A stretch of 62,580 nucleotides of DNA, taken from contig JAUCBJ010008493.1 of NCBI GenBank assembly GCA_032718475.1, positions 1 through 62,580 on the forward strand, in the 5' to 3' direction. Numbering within the stretch: the stretch's first letter is position 1; every line of letters begins with the position of its first letter. The translations under genes were made by a program, and so were the position numbers. The notes below the pieces were generated by a model, which saw nothing but the letters and a program-made list of their open reading frames with translations, was not told the origin of the DNA and did no database searches. Source of the stretch: Nemertoderma westbladi. Lineage: Eukaryota; Animalia; Xenacoelomorpha. This document shows positions 56,336-62,580 of this stretch, piece after piece.

Positions 56336-57572
56336 TGTTCGCGCTTTTAGACCTTTAACAGTTTAACCTGCTAATTTATATGTCTATTAATACCTGACAG
56401 CCCGTACAAATGAACACAGCCGAAGCCAGTCTAGCACGGCGTATGACCCACCGGAGGTGGGAGACTGGATTCTATGGCAGAGAGAGCCGAGGGACTCTTT
56501 GTATTATTCGATTGATCTTTACTATATAATCTCCAAAACTATGTTTATTTTCGCTGCGCTTTAAATACCACGCAGAGTTATGACTTATACTAATTACAAC
56601 GGGCGGACATGAGATGACGCAAATGTTTACATCCTTTAGGGATGTATTATTAACCGTTCACACTCACACACGGACAATAGTACTGAAACACGCTAATTTG
56701 CCGACGGTCACCAATTTTACTCGCATATAAGGAGAAACTTAACTCACGTACGTTGAGGACTATGAAACAGCATTAACTCATACAAACCACTGTTATTTAA
56801 GCAGGCAATTGTGAATAATATTCCCCTTACTCCGCTTACCTCAATAAATCATGAAAACCAAGAGATCTACCGGTTATTCGTAAGTATTCTCCAACTATTA
56901 GCATTCATCAATAGGTTACAAATTACAATATATGATACAGCATAAAACAGTATAAAATGCGGTGTTGCGGCAATATCAGAAAGTCAGGATGTGTTGCAGT
57001 GAAAGCATGTAACTGTTGAAAGTATGAAAACGTAAGTTTGAAAGTTAATAGATTTGCGTTCTATGTCTCTATGGCCACTGGTGTTTCTGGGTGAAAGTCA
57101 GGAAGTGTATAAACACTCACACGTAAGGGGTGAGGTTGAGTGAAGGGGTTGCAGTAATGTCCTTGCCTGAAGTAGCCCACAAGGCATGAATCACATCGAA
57201 CACCGTAGAACCCATGGAATCCGTCCGAACTTCCAATCAGGAATCAGTAACCATGCCACCAATCCGTAACCAAGGGATCCAGTAATTCAGGCTATGGCGT
57301 GACGTTGAGGGGAAAGCATACTGATTGGACAGTAAATAACACAGAGGCATGGAGACAAAGAGAAATACGGTCCAATGGCTGGTGATTTCGTAAGCTCAGC
57401 AGCTGGGTTTCTCTAAGAGTGTACGGTATAGCTCTATACTTAGAATAAACGCTGGAGGGAGTAAGTTTATGTCAGTTCATAAAATATAAAAGTTCTTTAA
57501 GGGTTTTTAAGGTTTAGAGTAACCAGCGCATTGTGTAAAAAAGGGAACATTTTAGCCGCAAAAGCTTTAACA
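56336..57572 (-). mobile_element. Solo LTR of a related but diverged Bel/Pao family (1237 bp)
   Basis: Starts TGTTCGCGCTTTTAGACCTTTAACAGTTTAACC like the 9760 LTR; shares tgtattattcga and cagagttatgactta blocks; ends AAAAGCTTTAACA; flanks CAAAT / TAAAT. Confidence 0.88.
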
Positions 57573-57943
57573 TAAATGGTAACTTTATTTTCACAAATTG
57601 TTAATATTATTATAAAACAATGGTTGATTTATATATCTTGCGATGTAATATACATTGATTAGTTATATATTTTCCATTATTAATATGTAGGACTATAGTA
57701 AATCCATCATTAACTATGTGTGGGACTCATTTCTTGGGATAGGAGTAGCGCGGACCCCTACCATCGGTTAGCAGCTATCGAAAGAGGAGCCTTCGTGTCG
57801 CCTCCGGCTTCGGCCGACTGTTTGCTTTTTTTATGGGACTCATTACTAAAACAATTACTCTCAGGGGAACTCAGTATTAAATAAATTGAAGTAAACTCTA
57901 TTTACGAATGACAGAACAACACAACCTTATTATTTTTTTTCAG

Positions 57944-58014
57944 ATGAATTTGCTAACGCTGTTGATGGAGATGGGGTAATTATCGATGGTGACGCCGATA
58001 TTATCGAAGCTTAA
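57944..58014 (+). CDS. Probable last coding exon of the coiled-coil gene
   Basis: Strong tttttttttcag| acceptor, phase 1; DEFANAVDGDGVIIDGDADIIEA followed by a stop. Confidence 0.7.
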
Positions 58015-58392
58015 CGTACTCATCAGCATCAAGTACTCACCAGAACAAAGTCTTTCCTACTACGATCGAATGAGGTTTATCTGGACTCCATATTGATGTG
58101 ATGATGTGGACTCCTATACAACAAACTCTATGTGGGTTTAACTACAGTATGTTGGACTTTATAATGACTGTGTAGTTGGGTTAAAGCTTGACAAAGCAAG
58201 ATTTACTGTATGTTTAACCATATCCAATTCAATATACAGTAGGTGTAATATTATAACATTGTGCCTTACGGGCGTATTATTATTGTATTATTCTTATATT
58301 ATTATCCTTAAACGGTTTGTTTGAACATCTGCTCTTCTTACCTGCTACTAAAGGCTCTGAGACTACAGTATGACGTTCGCTTACAATGCTAA

Positions 58393-59249
58393 TGGTTACG
58401 CAGCGTTTCGGCAACTGTCATGTTTAGGCAACTCAAATTCGCGTTTCGGCAACTGAACAATTATGTTTCTCCAACTGCTATAGTTGCCTTTCGGCAACTC
58501 GTAGTTGCATTTCGGCAACTCGTAGTTGCATTTCGGCGAACTCAAGTCGCGTTTCGGCAACTAGATCACATTCCCTCGTACAGTATGTAATGTAACTGTG
58601 ACTACATTCGTTATGTAAGTAAATTATACATGATGACAGGTTTAAAAGTTAGTTATAGTTATTGACGGCAGAGTTGTGTTAATTGGTCATTTATATGTGT
58701 ACATAGGTGTACTGTATCTGTATGGCAGTGATAAAATATGATTTTGTGGTCTGATTGATAAAGTGCATTTCTACAATAAATGTCGCCTCTCTCCTTACCT
58801 TTATGTTATTACTGTAACTTATATTGTATTATTGGTGATTACGCTACTTCGCACCGTACGTGCAATAGCATTGTTGGTGTATTACACTGCTTCCGGGGTC
58901 TAACACACATCCTCGACAGGCCACTCGTTCGACCGACGGCAGGTTCCCTGAGCGAAACCGGAAGGCACGTGGGAAGGGAGGTAGGCATTTCTACTAGAGA
59001 GCGCCTGTGGAATCGTATAAGGGTCTTTCGAACATCTCACCCACTCGACGAAAGATATCCCTCTGGTGACCTTTGCCGGAGGAGTTCCCTTACATTCCAT
59101 TGCCGAAACGCAACTTTGTTACCATGTTGACGAAACGCGACTATGAGTTGCCGAAACGCGGCTCTAACGCAACTATCAGTTGCCGAAACGCAACTTTGTT
59201 ACCATGTTGACGAAACGCGACTATGAATTGCCGGAACGTGACAACACCA
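58393..59249. mobile_element. Non-autonomous DNA transposon with inverted subterminal repeat arrays (857 bp)
   Basis: Multiple (C/T)GTTTCGGCAACT-like motifs on the left and AGTTGCCGAAACG on the right; TGGT...ACCA ends flanked by direct repeat TGCTAA; superfamily unresolved. Confidence 0.75.
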
Positions 59250-60939
59250 TGCTAAATCACTCCATCCATGTATGCGGCAGTAAATTATTGGTATAAAGGA
59301 TACACTGCTATGTATCGCACTATTTGTCAGATTATTATGAGATTATTGCCTGATATTTGCCACACGATAGACTGACAAACTGACAGCCTAGATTCGCTAA
59401 ACACAAAATTGATATCAGAAATGAAATCTCCAAAGGAAATCCCCATAACGACAATTTTTTATGAGGTGGGCATCCTTATTTACGGTTATTTTTACATATT
59501 GACAGATTTTGTGTGGAAAGTTTTAAAAGACAACGGGACAAGGCGGTTATGGTGCAAGGCATTACTGTGCATTCTGTACAATGTGCAAACCCCCCAACAA
59601 TTATTGTACTGCTTTCTCACTTTCTATCAGTTACAAGTGCCATCCGGCATAACGATAACTACTGTAACACAGGATTCTTCCCCGAAGCAGAGAGATCGGC
59701 GAATTAAATTGGTTAAGTGAATTACAGTATTTTAATTAATGGGAAGGAACCAGGTAGACTTGTACCCAAAACAATAAACGTTAAGTATACCAAACGGATG
59801 GAGTTGTATAAGAAAAAATATATGAGAAATATGCGTTTTACAGGGCCTAGTTTTATATATCAACTCTGCCACACCACTCTCCTAGGAGAGTTGTTGTTTA
59901 TAGTAGTACTCTATTATAGTGGTACCTATAGTTGTAGTAGTACCCATATTGGTTTCTAAGTACCGGTATACTATACAGCGAGAATATTACAAGTGCGATA
60001 GATCCCGATAACCCTCCAAACAGATAGAGATACACTTCACCCCTGTGACAATATTGTGTTTAATGAATGATGTTTTATAATATTTTATTAATATATTTCA
60101 AGACTGATAGCCTAGCATGAAGGTAATAATGAATACCAGTAACAGTGCTAATTAGGCAAACTATTAATAGTATTAATAGGGTGTACTTGGTGTATGTATT
60201 GAGAGTTGAACCACTGACTGTCCTAATTGGATACTTCAATGGTAATCTGGTGCAACCCTACCAACAATCCAATTACTCACACCTCCTTCACTACCCAATC
60301 TTTTTAAAACGGCATTTGTCTACGAAAAATGCTAATCATTGAGGTCAGCATTCATGTCTCTTTATATAGACGAATAATAATTTCCACCAGGAAAGCATCA
60401 TATTTGTAGGTCGAATGTCAAATTGATCGAATGGGTCAATGGGAGGATCTGAAACAGAGCTATCAGCTATCAGTCTTAGAAAACTCGTGTCAAAAGTAAA
60501 TTTTTGTTCATATAGCAGAACGAAATATAGGCAAGTATAAGAGAGCGACAGCTACAGTATAAAACATTTTGGGTTAATTTAATTTCCTTTCTAACTACAG
60601 ACTTATGTGTAAACCATGGAAACAGGCAACACAAGCCGCCAAGCGTTCTAGCTGTTTCACACTCTCCTTGCTCAAACGCAAACCCTCCTCACTATTTCCT
60701 ACATTGCTTTACCATTGTTGCTAATAGCTTTATGAAATGTATTTCAACATTGTTCGAATTTGATAGAATAGTATTATCCTACATAAACCCGCGGCAAATT
60801 CACATTCACAACAAAGCTATACAACATCCTTATTTGGAGCTTTGTATGAAGAGCGAGGCGCGAGGGTGGGATACGATGAGGTAAAGGTAATAATATAGCA
60901 GACAGAATAGTCGCCTACTTTGGAACATTGTAAACAATA

Positions 60940-62214
60940 TTAGTTACATTCCATCTCGTAAGCTTTCATGAGGAAATCTTTAGGTAACAGTCCAGGTGGG
61001 GAGGTCTCATCATCCATATGCCTTCCTACCCACCAACCATCGATATCGTAACGTTTGCTCAACACCTCGATAACATCCCATCTGCGGAACTCGATCTCTA
61101 CCGGGTCGTCGGAAACGTTGTCCCACAGCGCTACGTAAGTGTTACGCACCTTCAACTCCTCCGCCGATATCTCGTGTCTGGTGACCGGTTGTTGCGGCAA
61201 TGGCCTATCTCCTGATAATATCGTATTACCAGAGGTTTGGCGGTCGCGAGCTGGTAATTTCGAGGCCCCTTTACCGACAGGCTCATATAACTCATCATTT
61301 TCATCAATCGATTGCTCTTCAATGTTGCCTATAACAACTTCTTTATATTCACCCTCCGAATCCTCTTCTTCTAACCCATCCACATCTTCTTCTCCAAACC
61401 CATTTACTTCGGTCTGACCGCAAATAGTCGCTAATTCCCTGACCCACAGATTAAACTCGTCCTTATTTTCGGCGCAAAATTCGAACCTTCTGTTCAATGA
61501 TTTTCGTGATGTTAAAGAGAAATGGAATTCGTTCGGTTTTTTCGATGTGTCTTTCGTGCAATCGACGAAATAGCTAGCGAGATTGAACGCGTTGCTCTGT
61601 TTAACAGCATTCTGAGTCTCGAAGTAATAGAAGACAGACTCGGTAACGATACACCATCTTTTCTGGTACCGGCATCCACCCACTAGTTTCGGTGGTGATT
61701 TCTTCATAAGAAATGTTTTAATTTTCGCGCTCGGAATTAAATCTCTCGGGTTAACATCCGGGATGGTTTCAGCAACAACAGGTACTGGAACTACTGGATC
61801 GTTTCTAGACCGCGACGAAGAACTGGCTGATTCTTCTCTATTAACGTCATCCTCCTCATCGGAGGCTAGTTCCAGAGGATCAGTATCCTTGTGGATGTCT
61901 GACGAAGGCTTAGCACCTTGATGTTCAAAGATTACGGTTGTTGTTGGTAGATTTGATTGGGCGTCGGTTTCTTTATCAACCGTGAAAACCTCATCTTCCT
62001 GTCTCTCTGGGACCGGTGAAGTGGCTTCATCGACAGGCTTTTCAATATCGATATTTAAAACTAATGCGATTCTAGTCAACAATGAGTCCTTTTCTTTTCT
62101 GAGTGGCTTCGATATAGTCGTATCTTTGAGACGATTCAAAAATCGAAAAGTTTGACGCAATAGTTGATGTAGTTCTAGAACTTCTAACGAAGGATTATCT
62201 GTCGCACCCGACAT
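60940..62214 (-). CDS. SKAP2: Src kinase-associated phosphoprotein (SKAP1/2-like), single coding exon
   Basis: N-terminal helical dimerisation-like segment; PH domain (FLMKK...YQKRWCIVTESVFYYF...WVREL); acidic linker with EYKEV and ELYEPV tyrosine motifs; C-terminal SH3 (YVALWD...IEFRRWDVIEVLSK.Y...GWWVG...GLLPK.F). Confidence 0.85.
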   Translation of the reverse strand: MSGATDNPSLEVLELHQLLRQTFRFLNRLKDTTISKPLRKEKDSLLTRIALVLNIDIEKPVDEATSPVPERQEDEVFTVDKETDAQSNLPTTTVIFEHQGAKPSSDIHKDTDPLELASDEEDDVNREESASSSSRSRNDPVVPVPVVAETIPDVNPRDLIPSAKIKTFLMKKSPPKLVGGCRYQKRWCIVTESVFYYFETQNAVKQSNAFNLASYFVDCTKDTSKKPNEFHFSLTSRKSLNRRFEFCAENKDEFNLWVRELATICGQTEVNGFGEEDVDGLEEEDSEGEYKEVVIGNIEEQSIDENDELYEPVGKGASKLPARDRQTSGNTILSGDRPLPQQPVTRHEISAEELKVRNTYVALWDNVSDDPVEIEFRRWDVIEVLSKRYDIDGWWVGRHMDDETSPPGLLPKDFLMKAYEMECN

Positions 62215-62580
62215 TCTTCCGTATTTAATTTAATTTTAAAAGTTAAGTAAACCAACTACATTATTACTTTTAACCACATAAGAATTACTTTATTTTAAAT
62301 AAATTATTGTGTAACATTAAGTTTGTATTGACAACAAATAGTAATTAACTTATATCAATTCTTAGTTAAAAGTCCATACAATTGGCATATATATATTTAC
62401 AAAAGATGAAAAACATATTCAATAATGCTGGGTGCACTATTGTTAATATTATTTACATTTGTATATTTATTCAATACTGTTTTCTCTGTAATAAGAAGTA
62501 TATACTGCATTGTAATAGATAATGGGTTGGGTTGTTGGCATAGGATAGCAACTAAACCAGGATGTAACTTAAAGATACAA

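Noticed and set aside
57573-57598. Alternative solo-LTR end at 57593 giving a perfect CAAAT TSD
   Set aside because: Similarity to the other LTR end and the imperfect terminal inverted repeat (TGTT...GCTTTT) favour 57572.

Overview
This is AT-rich animal (invertebrate-like) genomic DNA with spliceosomal introns, not prokaryotic. The backbone is a plus-strand multi-exon coiled-coil protein gene (10 phase-consistent exons, 4713-58014; tentatively CCDC175-like). It is flanked by a Rab39-like gene (exons 1-2, minus strand) and an intronless SKAP1/2-like gene (minus strand). Its ~41-kb intron (7392-48257) holds four things: a young, full-length 17.5-kb Bel/Pao LTR retrotransposon (9760-27279, ATAGT TSD), a 16-bp satellite, an intronless same-strand SMCR8 gene, and a 39-bp satellite interrupted by a LINE and an EnSpm/CACTA-type element. 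Later introns hold a 21-bp satellite, a decayed LINE and a related solo LTR. The most unusual object is the Bel/Pao element, whose layout resembles a complex retrovirus. It has no tRNA-type primer site, but a 12-nt site complementary to its own LTR (candidate self-priming). Downstream of pol it carries a cluster of covarying hairpins and an accessory ORF with three CCHC fingers and a basic tail. Two of the three satellites appear to be amplified 5' splice sites. All calls were made by eye, with no database searches.
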